Below, in pieces: positions 16,707-26,315 of a stretch of 31,669 nucleotides of DNA (positions are counted from its first letter, which is position 1; every line of letters starts with the position of its first letter). This DNA comes from a virus. Its lineage: Duplodnaviria > Caudoviricetes. A program made the position numbers and the translations under genes. The stretch spans positions 1 to 31,669 of IMG/VR virus record IMGVR_UViG_3300049222_000638; one strand, given 5' to 3'. The notes under the pieces are model-generated. The model ran no database searches and was not told where the DNA came from. It saw nothing but the letters and a program-made list of their open reading frames with translations.

Positions 16707-17769
16707 TTAAAATTTCTGATTTTTTTATGTCCTTCTGAGAGAACTGGTTTTTATTTTGGCTAATAAATAAAGCGAGCTTCTTTCTCTGTGAGGGTTTATC
16801 AACCTCTTCATCTAGCCAGCTTTTGATATTATATGAATTTTCATGAGCTTCTCCAAAATCATTCGCTTTATTTGGGGGGAACTTAACGGACAGGATATCT
16901 AAGTCAAAAAAATGAGACAACTTGAGGTAAGCTTTAGCTGCCCCTATCAATCCCCTATTCTCAGAAGAATGAGCATCATAATTAGTAGATACAATTACAT
17001 TATCTAGAGCTTTAGAAGAAAGATAGTTAATTATATTCCCTCCAACAGACAGCCCAAACATAACCAAAACATTTTTTACACCGTTTTCATAAAGAGCTAA
17101 TGCATCACCGATACTCTCCACGAGGATGACTGTTTTAGTCCTTAGTATTTCTTCATCGCACTCATGATTAGGGATATAAGCTGGATATACCCAATTAGAC
17201 TTCTTGCCTATATGTTTCCATTTGGGAATATTCTTCTGTATCTTCCCGGCATCCACGCTTCGCCCTGAGAACCCAATGATCTGTGAGTTGCTATTGTATA
17301 CAGGGAAGACCATCCTACGATACATTTTCCCCACACCAGACAAGCCTACTTTAAAAGCTTTTTGGGTGGCTTCCGAAATGTCCCTTTCTTTATAAAAATT
17401 GTAATGAGGAAATAACTTTTCTAGCATTTCGTCTGGGTATATCTTTTCCATTTCTATCCTCTCTACTGGTTTAGTAATAAAAGTTTTGCTCTTCCTGATC
17501 TTTTGGAGGGTCTCTGAAAATTCAGATTTATCACCTACAGTCATCCTGACTAAAGACTCAAAAGTTTGAGAGCCTTTACTCTCAACGAAGTCCATCCAAA
17601 TCCCTGTGTTTTTATAAATCTTTAGAGCTGTAGCGTTATCCCCGTTCCGGTAAAGAGCTTGCGCCCTCCAGTGATCGCCACAATCAATGAGATTGTAACC
17701 TATCGACTCAAGAATTTTCTGGAACTCCTCCGAATGAATCGAAGTCTGGGATTGGTGTTGGTGCTGCAT
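16699..17769 (-). CDS. DnaG-like primase (TOPRIM)
   Basis: RMVFPV...IIGFSGR, PKWKH, VILVESIGDALAL, NYD, NDFGE; start codon uncertain. Confidence 0.85.
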   Translation of the reverse strand: MQHQHQSQTSIHSEEFQKILESIGYNLIDCGDHWRAQALYRNGDNATALKIYKNTGIWMDFVESKGSQTFESLVRMTVGDKSEFSETLQKIRKSKTFITKPVERIEMEKIYPDEMLEKLFPHYNFYKERDISEATQKAFKVGLSGVGKMYRRMVFPVYNSNSQIIGFSGRSVDAGKIQKNIPKWKHIGKKSNWVYPAYIPNHECDEEILRTKTVILVESIGDALALYENGVKNVLVMFGLSVGGNIINYLSSKALDNVIVSTNYDAHSSENRGLIGAAKAYLKLSHFFDLDILSVKFPPNKANDFGEAHENSYNIKSWLDEEVDKPSQRKKLALFISQNKNQFSQKDIKKSEILNE

Positions 17770-19255
17770 CTGGATTACTTTGGTCTAGTTCTGGATCTCC
17801 GTTTCTAACTCTTATAATATCACGAAGGTCTCCCCTCTCTGAGATATTAAAATTATTAAAATCAAGATTAATAAAGTTCTTCCTTAATGAATCATCCACT
17901 TGAACAGGTTCAATAGCTCCAGCTATATCTCTACCCAAACTTCTGTATTTAACACTGATCATCTTATGAGTCCCGAACCTCACTCCTTCTTCTTGGATCT
18001 CATCCTCAGTCTTCCTTCTCAGAATGAACATATGTGAACAGAATTGTGTAATCCTATCAGATAGAGAAACAATACTCTCATCATCGACAATATTCTGGGA
18101 GTTCCGGTTGGTAGTAATACCGCTCCTATTAGATTGAACAGAAGTAATCATTGGAATGACAGGTTCACCATCTTCAAGAACATCTTTCTGGATGCACCTT
18201 TTGAATTTATCAACCATCTCCCCGACGACCTGCCACTCATTCTGATTAGAGTTGGCTGTATTAGTCGTCTTAATATAGTCAAAAGAAAAGACCATTTTGT
18301 TACCGCGACCAACTGTAGAGTAGTAAAACCTCTTCAAAGTATTTATCATCCCATCAACATCCATCCCCCCTACATTGTAGTAATAGAATTTAAGTTTGTT
18401 AATTTTGGGCCAGACAGAGCGAACTTTCTCGACGACATCTGCACCAGCAGCCCTCCATTTACCACTCTCCAACAAATGCATGGGGACTCCAGAATGAGCA
18501 GCGCATTGACGCATCATAAGCTCTTCCTTGCTCATCTCTCCATTATCAAAATGTAGAACTGGGACTCCATATTTCAAAGCTACTTTTGTAGCGTAATCCA
18601 TGCAGTATTGTGTCTTACCAACTCCTGATCGAGCAACTATGACAGTAATGTTTCCGGGCCGTAACAAAGAGCCATAAATATCATTAACTTTCTCATGCGG
18701 CCCCATCATACCGAACTCTTCAATAGGGTTGTTGCCCCGCTCCTCAATCAGAGCCTCCATATCATCATAGATATTCTCTGGGACATCATTACCTATCTCA
18801 AACAAGTTAATCTTAGAATTGTAGATATGATCTGCCGTCTCGACGATATCTCTATAAGAAGATTCAGGCTTGATAGCTTTCATCTTCTTGCTTATATCCT
18901 CACAAGATTCTAAGATTTCCCTCCTTATTGAATATTTTTTAAGCTCTTTGCAAGTCTTTATCAAATTGCCCGAAGGGACAGATCTCATCGCTAAAGATTT
19001 GATATAATCCGCAGGGATAATATTCCCCGCAAAGCTTAAGCCGACCTCATTAACCCTTTGAGCGATAATTACATTATCCACCTCATCCCCAGCATCTACA
19101 GCTTGTTTGATAACCCTAAAGATAGTAGAATGCAAAGGGGAACCCTCTGAGTAAAAATCCTTATGACTTATAAAGTTGGATATTTCAATCAAAGACTGAG
19201 GATCTTTTAGAAGCCCAGCTAACAACTGCTTCTCTAATTCATAGCTATAAATCAT
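17708..19255 (-). CDS. dnaB: Replicative DnaB-family helicase
   Basis: ELEKQLLAGLL N-domain, ARSGVGKT, NGEMS, FDYIK, VQSNR. Confidence 0.9.
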   Translation of the reverse strand: MIYSYELEKQLLAGLLKDPQSLIEISNFISHKDFYSEGSPLHSTIFRVIKQAVDAGDEVDNVIIAQRVNEVGLSFAGNIIPADYIKSLAMRSVPSGNLIKTCKELKKYSIRREILESCEDISKKMKAIKPESSYRDIVETADHIYNSKINLFEIGNDVPENIYDDMEALIEERGNNPIEEFGMMGPHEKVNDIYGSLLRPGNITVIVARSGVGKTQYCMDYATKVALKYGVPVLHFDNGEMSKEELMMRQCAAHSGVPMHLLESGKWRAAGADVVEKVRSVWPKINKLKFYYYNVGGMDVDGMINTLKRFYYSTVGRGNKMVFSFDYIKTTNTANSNQNEWQVVGEMVDKFKRCIQKDVLEDGEPVIPMITSVQSNRSGITTNRNSQNIVDDESIVSLSDRITQFCSHMFILRRKTEDEIQEEGVRFGTHKMISVKYRSLGRDIAGAIEPVQVDDSLRKNFINLDFNNFNISERGDLRDIIRVRNGDPELDQSNPDAAPTPIPDFDSFGGVPENS

Positions 19256-19482
19256 TTGTCAACCCCCTGATCAGATTTAGATTTTACCAAGTAGTCCTCT
19301 AAAGCTTGCTGCAAGCCAAGCTCCATAATCACAGAATCGAACTTGGTATATATGACTGGCTCTCCAGATTCATTCGCCACAACCATAATAAGACCCTTGT
19401 AACGTTCTGAATCTCCAGAAATTTCGTATATCTTCTCTACTAAACCTTCTGGAATAGAAAATAAATTATCTTGCTCATTCAT
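19252..19482 (-). CDS. Hypothetical protein
   Basis: 76 aa with ATGA overlaps on both sides. Confidence 0.7.
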   Translation of the reverse strand: MNEQDNLFSIPEGLVEKIYEISGDSERYKGLIMVVANESGEPVIYTKFDSVIMELGLQQALEDYLVKSKSDQGVDK

Positions 19483-19886
19483 AAGTAAATATCTCTGTCC
19501 TCGAAAAACGATGTAGTAACATCATCGTTTGGGTAGATCTCAACTAGATTTATATCGTTCATTTCACAGAAGTCCAGCTTTTTTTGATCCCTTTTTAATT
19601 GATCTAAATATTTAAGCCTATTCTTGTGGAAGTGTTTCACATACTTCGTATGTTGCGCCCCTTGAACCTCTATAGCTATCCTTTTATTGGCGTTATAAAA
19701 ATCTAGAGACAAACGACTGCCGACTATCCTAAACTCCTCAAATACTATATCCAAGTGCCAATAATTCCTTAAGAAATCCTTTACACCTTTTTGGAATTTA
19801 CTCCTGCTGGAGCCTTCCCAATCTATGCGATATTTTTTAGGGTTTTTTAAATTACGGAGTTTGCCGTCTACAGTGTAGAACTTCAT
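19479..19886 (-). CDS. DUF559/Vsr-like endonuclease
   Basis: LSLDFY...IAIEVQGAQH...RDQKK...INLVEI. Confidence 0.75.
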   Translation of the reverse strand: MKFYTVDGKLRNLKNPKKYRIDWEGSSRSKFQKGVKDFLRNYWHLDIVFEEFRIVGSRLSLDFYNANKRIAIEVQGAQHTKYVKHFHKNRLKYLDQLKRDQKKLDFCEMNDINLVEIYPNDDVTTSFFEDRDIYL

Positions 19887-19892
19887 TAAGTC

Positions 19893-21008
19893 TTAACCTA
19901 ACTCCTCAATAGCGTTCTTAAAATAAGAAACAAGGAACTCACAAAAGCCTTCATTACCTTCTATGAGCTTAAATAAATTATTTTCGCCTTGAATTTTCTC
20001 TGGTAAATCAAAATCCGTATCCTGTAGAACCTCTTTGAAATCTTCTGTGATACTCAACCAAGCCCCGCTCTTCTTAACGAACTCCCAAGCCAAGAGCAGG
20101 TCTACTATTTCTTTCTCAATCCATATCGACTTACCTCCTTTTTGCCCGTATCTAATAGGATAGCTAATAGAGGTGTTTGTCTTTTCGTTGGGAGATTTTT
20201 TAACAGTGACTTTAGCGAAATGACCTATAGGAGGGTTAGTCTTAGAATCCATCTTCTTCACTGATGCATTCCGTAGAATAGCGTCTCCATTATAGCGAGG
20301 CTCAAATTGAATAATCCAATTAGCAAAGTGAAGTAAAGCGTTACCTCCTGTAGCTGTAGTCTGTCTTACTGGAGCTTTCGTATACGGATCTAGCTTTATA
20401 TCCGCTCTTACTTGAGAGATAAAAATAGCCATATGACCTCTTTTTTGCAGAGCTATGGACATTTTCTTCATGAAGACGCCAGCAATTACAGCTCCCCCAG
20501 CGACTTTAGTAGAATCCTCAAAATTCTTACCCACATCATTCTTGGGAATTAATCCATCTACAGAATCAAGCACGAAACAATATTTAGCTTTGTCATCATT
20601 AAATTGAACTAACCTCCTCATTAGATCTACCACGATCTCATAAATGTTGGACTCGAAAACAAAACAAGTGCCGTCAACCCACTCGTCAGCACTAAACACG
20701 AAATTAATACCGGAACGCTCCTTCATCTCTGGAGAGAGCCTCCCTTCAGCTTTAATAAAAACACCTCGCGTCCCCGGCATCTTTAAAAAGTTCCTCATCA
20801 CCTCCAATGATTCAGAAGTTTTACCCCCTTCGTTCATGCCCACAAATCTGTGTAGTCCGGGTCCGAAACCTCCGCCCAACTGCAAGTCAAATTCTAAAGA
20901 ACCACTTGAGACCTTGTAATTAATCTCCTCCTCAAAGTTATAATGATCTTCTTTAGTTTCCTTAAGGAAACCCTTAAGCATTGTATTTGGATTCTGTTCT
21001 TTACTCAT
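19893..21008 (-). CDS. recA: RecA/UvsX-like recombinase
   Basis: SSGSLEFDLQLGGG, GMNEGGKT, VLDSV, FISQVR, TGGNALLHFA, KSGAW; divergent from cellular RecA. Confidence 0.85.
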   Translation of the reverse strand: MSKEQNPNTMLKGFLKETKEDHYNFEEEINYKVSSGSLEFDLQLGGGFGPGLHRFVGMNEGGKTSESLEVMRNFLKMPGTRGVFIKAEGRLSPEMKERSGINFVFSADEWVDGTCFVFESNIYEIVVDLMRRLVQFNDDKAKYCFVLDSVDGLIPKNDVGKNFEDSTKVAGGAVIAGVFMKKMSIALQKRGHMAIFISQVRADIKLDPYTKAPVRQTTATGGNALLHFANWIIQFEPRYNGDAILRNASVKKMDSKTNPPIGHFAKVTVKKSPNEKTNTSISYPIRYGQKGGKSIWIEKEIVDLLLAWEFVKKSGAWLSITEDFKEVLQDTDFDLPEKIQGENNLFKLIEGNEGFCEFLVSYFKNAIEELG

Positions 21009-21441
21009 CTAAAAAATCTTTTAATGTTTTCTTCTTTTTGACAGGGGCGAAATCCTCTCCAGATTTCTCACCCAAAATATACTCTGGATACCTAGATTTG
21101 TCAACCACATAATTAAAAGCTCTGAACTTCTTGTCAAGCGCTTTTTTCAACTTAGGACTGACTAGGTAAGTTAAGGAGTCAAACTTCTTATGGAAATTGA
21201 CCACATTCATGAACTCTAGGGAGTATCTCTCACACAAAACATTCAAATGCTTCATTTGAGCTTTGTAAAAAACCCTCTTACCAGATTCAGGATCAATAAC
21301 TAGCCTTTCTAAGATATCTATTTTGCTAATTTTTACTTTAGGCTTCTTCTTAGCTTTAAAGAAATGGCCACACTTACATTTTTTAGCCCTTGATCCAACT
21401 ACAGCGCCACAATCTGGACATTGCTTTTCTCCTACTGCCAT
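21001..21441 (-). CDS. Zn-ribbon-containing basic hypothetical protein
   Basis: CPDC...CKCGH at the N-terminus. Confidence 0.7.
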   Translation of the reverse strand: MAVGEKQCPDCGAVVGSRAKKCKCGHFFKAKKKPKVKISKIDILERLVIDPESGKRVFYKAQMKHLNVLCERYSLEFMNVVNFHKKFDSLTYLVSPKLKKALDKKFRAFNYVVDKSRYPEYILGEKSGEDFAPVKKKKTLKDFLDE

Positions 21442-21447
21442 AGAGGG

Positions 21448-21476
21448 AGTTTAATACAAGTTCAAATCATTGGCAA
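21448..21476 (-). promoter_or_regulatory. Sigma70-like promoter heading the recA-dnaB-primase run
   Basis: TTGCCA-17-TAAACT, 6 nt before ATG 21441; lies within the 3' end of gmd. Confidence 0.55.
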
Positions 21477-22566
21477 CCATTTTCCTCACAAGACCAATAA
21501 AATCTGTTTTAGGTTCCCAACCTAAGTTTTGACGAGCTTTAGAAGAATCGCCTAAGAGCAGCTCAACTTCGGCGGGTCTATGAAATTCTGGGTTGATCTT
21601 CACAAGAGTTTTCCCTTCGTGTATATATTCTTCTTCTATCCCTTCCCCAACCCAATGGCACTTTTCAACTGCAAAACCCGCAAAATTGAAAGCCTCCTCT
21701 ACAAACTCTCTAATAGTATGGGTTTCTCCTGAAGCTAAAACGTATTCCTCTGGGGAGTCTTGATTTAACATTTTCCAAATGCCCTCAACAAAATCTTCAG
21801 CATCTGACCAGTCTCTCTTAGCTTCTATATTCCCCAATTCAAGAGGTCTAAAGCTGCCTGAATGATACTCTTTTTTAATTCTGGCTACATTTTTAGTTAT
21901 TTTCCGAGTCACGAATTCCTCGCCCCTGCGAATCCCTTCATGGTTAAATAACCAACCTTGAATAACATATAAATCATAAGAGTCTCGCCAAACTTTTATT
22001 AATTGTCTAGCAGCAGCTTTAGATGCCCCGTACGGACTTCTTGGGCGTAAAGGATGAGACTCTGATTGTGGAGAATGTAAGACATCTCCAAACTCTTCTG
22101 AAGAGCCAGCTTGGTAGAATCTACAAGAGGGGTGATGAATTCTAATAGATTCAAGTATATTCAAGACTGAGGTAGAATTAGTCTCCCAAGTTTGCAAAGC
22201 AAAATCCCAACTGCTACCCACGAAACTCTGAGCAGCTAAATTGATGAAGTAGCTAGGCTTTAAGCTTTCTACTGTTCTATAAATGAGATTGGAATCAGTT
22301 AAGTCAAAATTAATCAATTTAAATCTATCACTTTTTACGTGCGAGATATTTTTATGATTATAAACGCTTAAACGGCGAACACACCCAAAAACAACAAGGT
22401 TTGTATTCTCCAGTAAAAAATCTACCATATGGCTCCCATCTTGGCCAGTTACACCAGTGACAATAATACACTCTCTATTATCTAACCATTTTTTAGCGTC
22501 TTCTATATTCAAAATGTCTATATGATCGATTTTTTTACCGTAATATGTTTCTTGTAGATTACTCAT
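21451..22566 (-). CDS. gmd: GDP-mannose 4,6-dehydratase
   Basis: TGVTGQDG, LAAQSFV, YQAGSSEEFG, PRSPYGASK, FNHE, LGN...RDW. Confidence 0.93.
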   Translation of the reverse strand: MSNLQETYYGKKIDHIDILNIEDAKKWLDNRECIIVTGVTGQDGSHMVDFLLENTNLVVFGCVRRLSVYNHKNISHVKSDRFKLINFDLTDSNLIYRTVESLKPSYFINLAAQSFVGSSWDFALQTWETNSTSVLNILESIRIHHPSCRFYQAGSSEEFGDVLHSPQSESHPLRPRSPYGASKAAARQLIKVWRDSYDLYVIQGWLFNHEGIRRGEEFVTRKITKNVARIKKEYHSGSFRPLELGNIEAKRDWSDAEDFVEGIWKMLNQDSPEEYVLASGETHTIREFVEEAFNFAGFAVEKCHWVGEGIEEEYIHEGKTLVKINPEFHRPAEVELLLGDSSKARQNLGWEPKTDFIGLVRKMVANDLNLY

Positions 22567-22567
22567 T

Positions 22568-23440
22568 TTATCTTATTGGGTAAGATTCCCTTAATAATTT
22601 CGCATATTCAAAATCTATTCCTTCCCCAGTGTAAGTCTGGAGAAGCTCGTTATTTAAAAAGCGCCGACCATGATAGTAGTCTATATCATGATAGAAGAAA
22701 AAATTAGATTTGTCAAGTAGAAAATTTAATACCGAGTATCTAAAGATGTGATCCCCCCACCTTCGGTTGTAAAATCCTAAAGTTTTATCAATAGACTCAT
22801 AAATAGAAAGATACCTTGCAGATCTAAAAAAATTTAGGTCTAGAACCTCAAAATTTGTATAGTACACCTTATTTTTTTCTTCATCAGGAAAGATATAATC
22901 TTTTCCTAAATCATTTTTAATAACTTTTTGTAAAGATTCGTAAAAATCTAAAGTGGCGTTTGGGTGGTCTTTTTGGATATTAACATATCCATAGACAGCG
23001 TTATTTTCATGCAGTTTATCAAAAACGTTGTAATTGATCTCGTTTAAGATGTAAGAATCCGTGTCTAATCTCCACAAATACCTGTATTTTTTTAAAAAAC
23101 TCATTTTAAAAAGACCTCCAGAGTACATCCTACACATATGCCTATAACCTATAGAAAAATATTTGCCAGAGTCTCTGTGGATTTTTTCACAGTGAGGTAA
23201 TTTATTAGGTATCGATTCATGCCCATCTATATGGGGGATGGTGAATTCCACCTCATGAAAAATCAAATTATACGAAGATAGTAAATGTTTTTTTTCTGAT
23301 TCTGGAAAACCTTTCTCATGTAGACATATTACGTCACAAGGGTAACGATTTAAATAACTGCTAGAAACGGATGATATACTTTTCCTAAAAGTTTTTATAT
23401 CCTCTTCTGTATTATTCAGTAAATAAAGTATGCAGTTCAT
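22568..23440 (-). CDS. GT15 (Kre2/Mnt1-like) alpha-1,2-mannosyltransferase
   Basis: YRHMCR.YSG, YLWRLD, YGY, TNFEV...FFRS..Y, GFY..RWGD. Confidence 0.8.
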   Translation of the reverse strand: MNCILYLLNNTEEDIKTFRKSISSVSSSYLNRYPCDVICLHEKGFPESEKKHLLSSYNLIFHEVEFTIPHIDGHESIPNKLPHCEKIHRDSGKYFSIGYRHMCRMYSGGLFKMSFLKKYRYLWRLDTDSYILNEINYNVFDKLHENNAVYGYVNIQKDHPNATLDFYESLQKVIKNDLGKDYIFPDEEKNKVYYTNFEVLDLNFFRSARYLSIYESIDKTLGFYNRRWGDHIFRYSVLNFLLDKSNFFFYHDIDYYHGRRFLNNELLQTYTGEGIDFEYAKLLRESYPIR

Positions 23441-24075
23441 CGCCGTAATTTAAATCCTATTTGATAATTTTCAAAAATTATATCAGCTCCAATATCTTTC
23501 ATGAACTCTTTTACATAAGTTCCTTTACCTGTTTTACCATCTGTAAAAAACGCATCATGATCGTCTACGACAATAATAGTTTCACTTTTAAGCTTATCTA
23601 TCACCGAGCATAGTTCTTTGATATGGTGCAATTGAGAAGGATGAGGGTTTTGTTTTTCTATGTCAAAAGAATCCAAATATAATAGGTCTATGTTTTGGTT
23701 TCCGGGTAAACCCCACAAAAACTTGACAGAATCCTCACAAAAAACCCTAGTTTTATCTGATGTCACACTATTAGCGTAGTTGACATTGTCCTTATTAATA
23801 TCTACAGACAAAAGTTCTCCATCATAAAAATTTATAAATTGGTCAAATATATAAGTTGAAGCTCCGTCGTCTCCGAAACTTAAATGACCATGATCTCGCC
23901 TTGTTGTCCCCGTCTCTATTATATCAAAAAATGATTTATTAGAATTTTCCAACATCTCAAAAACCCGCAGAAAGTTGTCAGCTCGATTTCTGACTGGATT
24001 CATCGAGTGGCTTGGAGTTAACATTTTTTTGTAATATAAATCTTTAAACACTTCAGAAAATTTACTCATAAACAA
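23437..24075 (-). CDS. Class I SAM-dependent methyltransferase (Methyltransf_24-like)
   Basis: IIETGT, LSVDI, DSV.FL, LLYLDS, IIVVDD. Confidence 0.75.
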   Translation of the reverse strand: MFMSKFSEVFKDLYYKKMLTPSHSMNPVRNRADNFLRVFEMLENSNKSFFDIIETGTTRRDHGHLSFGDDGASTYIFDQFINFYDGELLSVDINKDNVNYANSVTSDKTRVFCEDSVKFLWGLPGNQNIDLLYLDSFDIEKQNPHPSQLHHIKELCSVIDKLKSETIIVVDDHDAFFTDGKTGKGTYVKEFMKDIGADIIFENYQIGFKLRR

Positions 24076-24881
24076 TACCTTTCTAGCTTTGGTTGGTAGG
24101 ATTCAATTACATTTTTATGTCTGTTATACACTTCCCTAACGTTTTTATGATTACTTTCTAAAGCCCAGCCATGAGTGACGTTGTTCTCTCTAGTCGGACC
24201 CCAGTTAGGGTCAGATATGATATCAATATGATAATAACCGCAGACCTTTTTCAATTCTTTATAAACTCTATAACATAAATCATGATCATCCATATCTAAC
24301 GGAGCGAAAGATTCATCAAACCCTCCCATAAAATCAAAAACTTTTTTATCTATAGCCAGAGGTCCACGGTTGACACAAGATCTGATGATGAAATTATCTC
24401 TATCAGGAAAAGTTTCTTTGTTTGCGTGGTCAATATGATTTAAAATATCACACCATGAATCACTCCTCAAAAAGTCTTCTGAAATATGCTTAGAATTAGG
24501 GTTTATCTCCCAGTTATGAGAGCATCTAGCAGAGACAGCAAAAACATCATCGAACTTAAATAAAGGTTTTAAAATTCTTTCGTTCCAACCCCGCTCGTTA
24601 ATTAACATATCTCCATGAATTATAATGATATGATCTCCAGAACTGTTTTGAGCCACTATATTGTTAGATTTAGTTTCAAAAATATTCGGAGCAGTTAGTT
24701 TTTTAGTTCTTATCTGTTCGTTTTTCTTTATGAAGTCATCTACATACTCTTCAGTTCGATCCGTACATCCATCTATCATTATAATCAATTCGTAATCTCC
24801 AGTAGAATTCACCTTAATTCTATCGAGGACTTCTTTGATTATATTCTCCTGATTATGTATTGTCAAATTTAAGCTATGCAT
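24066..24881 (-). CDS. GT2 glycosyltransferase
   Basis: TIHNQE, IDGCTDRT, IHGD, GGFDESF...DDHDLCYR. Confidence 0.85.
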   Translation of the reverse strand: MHSLNLTIHNQENIIKEVLDRIKVNSTGDYELIIMIDGCTDRTEEYVDDFIKKNEQIRTKKLTAPNIFETKSNNIVAQNSSGDHIIIIHGDMLINERGWNERILKPLFKFDDVFAVSARCSHNWEINPNSKHISEDFLRSDSWCDILNHIDHANKETFPDRDNFIIRSCVNRGPLAIDKKVFDFMGGFDESFAPLDMDDHDLCYRVYKELKKVCGYYHIDIISDPNWGPTRENNVTHGWALESNHKNVREVYNRHKNVIESYQPKLERYCL

Positions 24882-25539
24882 TGCATTGGATGTAATTTCT
24901 CAGTAAATCGCTCGTTGGTATCTTATATTTCACAACTAAATTAGTCAAGATACTTTGGTCGTGTCTATGGTCAATAAACCCATGTAAGTTTTCTTTGCCA
25001 CAAATATTATCGGCATCAGTGATAATATTTTCGTTACACGCATAATACGCCCATTCCTGAATTAATTTAATAGATTTTTCTGTTTTTTTAATACAAATTA
25101 TACCACATTCTATTTGAATAGCTGAATAATACTCTTCTGTATCGCAATTCATAAAATAAAAACAATCTCTTTTTGTATAGTCGGATTGTTTGAACCTTCC
25201 AGATGTTATTAAAATGTCATTTTTTATCATGTAATCATCTAACTCTTGATCGGGCGTATTTATAAAAGCATCTCCGCTGTCCATATACAAAATACAGTCT
25301 CCATCATTTATTCTGTTTAGTAAATCTAAAATGATGAAAGGTTTCCATAACCAATAACCACAACCTCTTTCCTGCGATAATATTGAAGTATGTTTCTTAT
25401 AAAAATTCGATTGGGGCAACAAATCTAAATCAACACTTTCTATAGATTCAAAGTATTTGAATTTTTTGGCTTGTTTTTCTATGTTAAATCTTTTTTCGTG
25501 AAAATTTTTATCACAGGCTGAAATTAAATATTTTTTCAT
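24874..25539 (-). CDS. GT-A-like (putative glycosyltransferase) protein
   Basis: GYWLWKP.II, ILYMDSG, HRHDQSILT. Confidence 0.6.
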   Translation of the reverse strand: MKKYLISACDKNFHEKRFNIEKQAKKFKYFESIESVDLDLLPQSNFYKKHTSILSQERGCGYWLWKPFIILDLLNRINDGDCILYMDSGDAFINTPDQELDDYMIKNDILITSGRFKQSDYTKRDCFYFMNCDTEEYYSAIQIECGIICIKKTEKSIKLIQEWAYYACNENIITDADNICGKENLHGFIDHRHDQSILTNLVVKYKIPTSDLLRNYIQCNA

Positions 25540-26315
25540 TTTAATCTAGACTCTACATATTCCATATAATCAATCACGCTCATATTTGTAAGCTTATCGT
25601 AAAGGTCGCAGTTATGTTTGAAAAAACTATTCGAAGCTCCAGAATCTTTATGCCTGATATGCTCTAAGTGGTAAACGTAACTATTGGAGATATGATTGCA
25701 TTTATACCCTAATATCAAAAATCTAAATTTTCTCTCTCTGTCTTCTGGACCATAAGAGATAAAATTTTCGTCCTCCATCCCACCTTTAATATAACTAGAA
25801 GTTCTGAAAACTTGACAGTGACCAGCGTATGTATCGGATATTTTAGAATTGGAATCTAAAATTTGATAAAAATCGTCATTACCTTCTATAAGATCTTTAT
25901 GAGAAGATTGTTTAACCATCTTTTGAAAATTACCCAGTCCATAAGGGAACAAGAGGTCTAATCCGCCTTGACTCATTATTAAATTTAATTTTTCATAAAC
26001 TTCTAATTCTAAAATGACATCTAAGTCATAATTTATAGTGTAAGCGGTCTTGACTTGTTTAAGCATGGTATTCAAGTACTTCGTTCTATGGAAAGGCTCA
26101 TCTTCTTTTAAATTTTCATGAATATATTTTATATAATCATGATTGATATCAAAAATTGATGGCACAATATTAGAGCCTACTTCGTATATAATGATATTCG
26201 TATCTAAGGTTCGATGCAAAAAATCTAAAACTATTTTAGCATTATTTTTTCTATCTTCACTTTCTATTTTTACCGGAATAATAAAAGTGAAGTCTTTTAA
26301 ATTAATTTTATTCAT
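25536..26315 (-). CDS. GT2/GT7-like galactosyltransferase-type protein
   Basis: TFIIPV, NYDLDV, GGMEDENFISYGPEDRE, YHLEH. Confidence 0.75.
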   Translation of the reverse strand: MNKINLKDFTFIIPVKIESEDRKNNAKIVLDFLHRTLDTNIIIYEVGSNIVPSIFDINHDYIKYIHENLKEDEPFHRTKYLNTMLKQVKTAYTINYDLDVILELEVYEKLNLIMSQGGLDLLFPYGLGNFQKMVKQSSHKDLIEGNDDFYQILDSNSKISDTYAGHCQVFRTSSYIKGGMEDENFISYGPEDRERKFRFLILGYKCNHISNSYVYHLEHIRHKDSGASNSFFKHNCDLYDKLTNMSVIDYMEYVESRLK

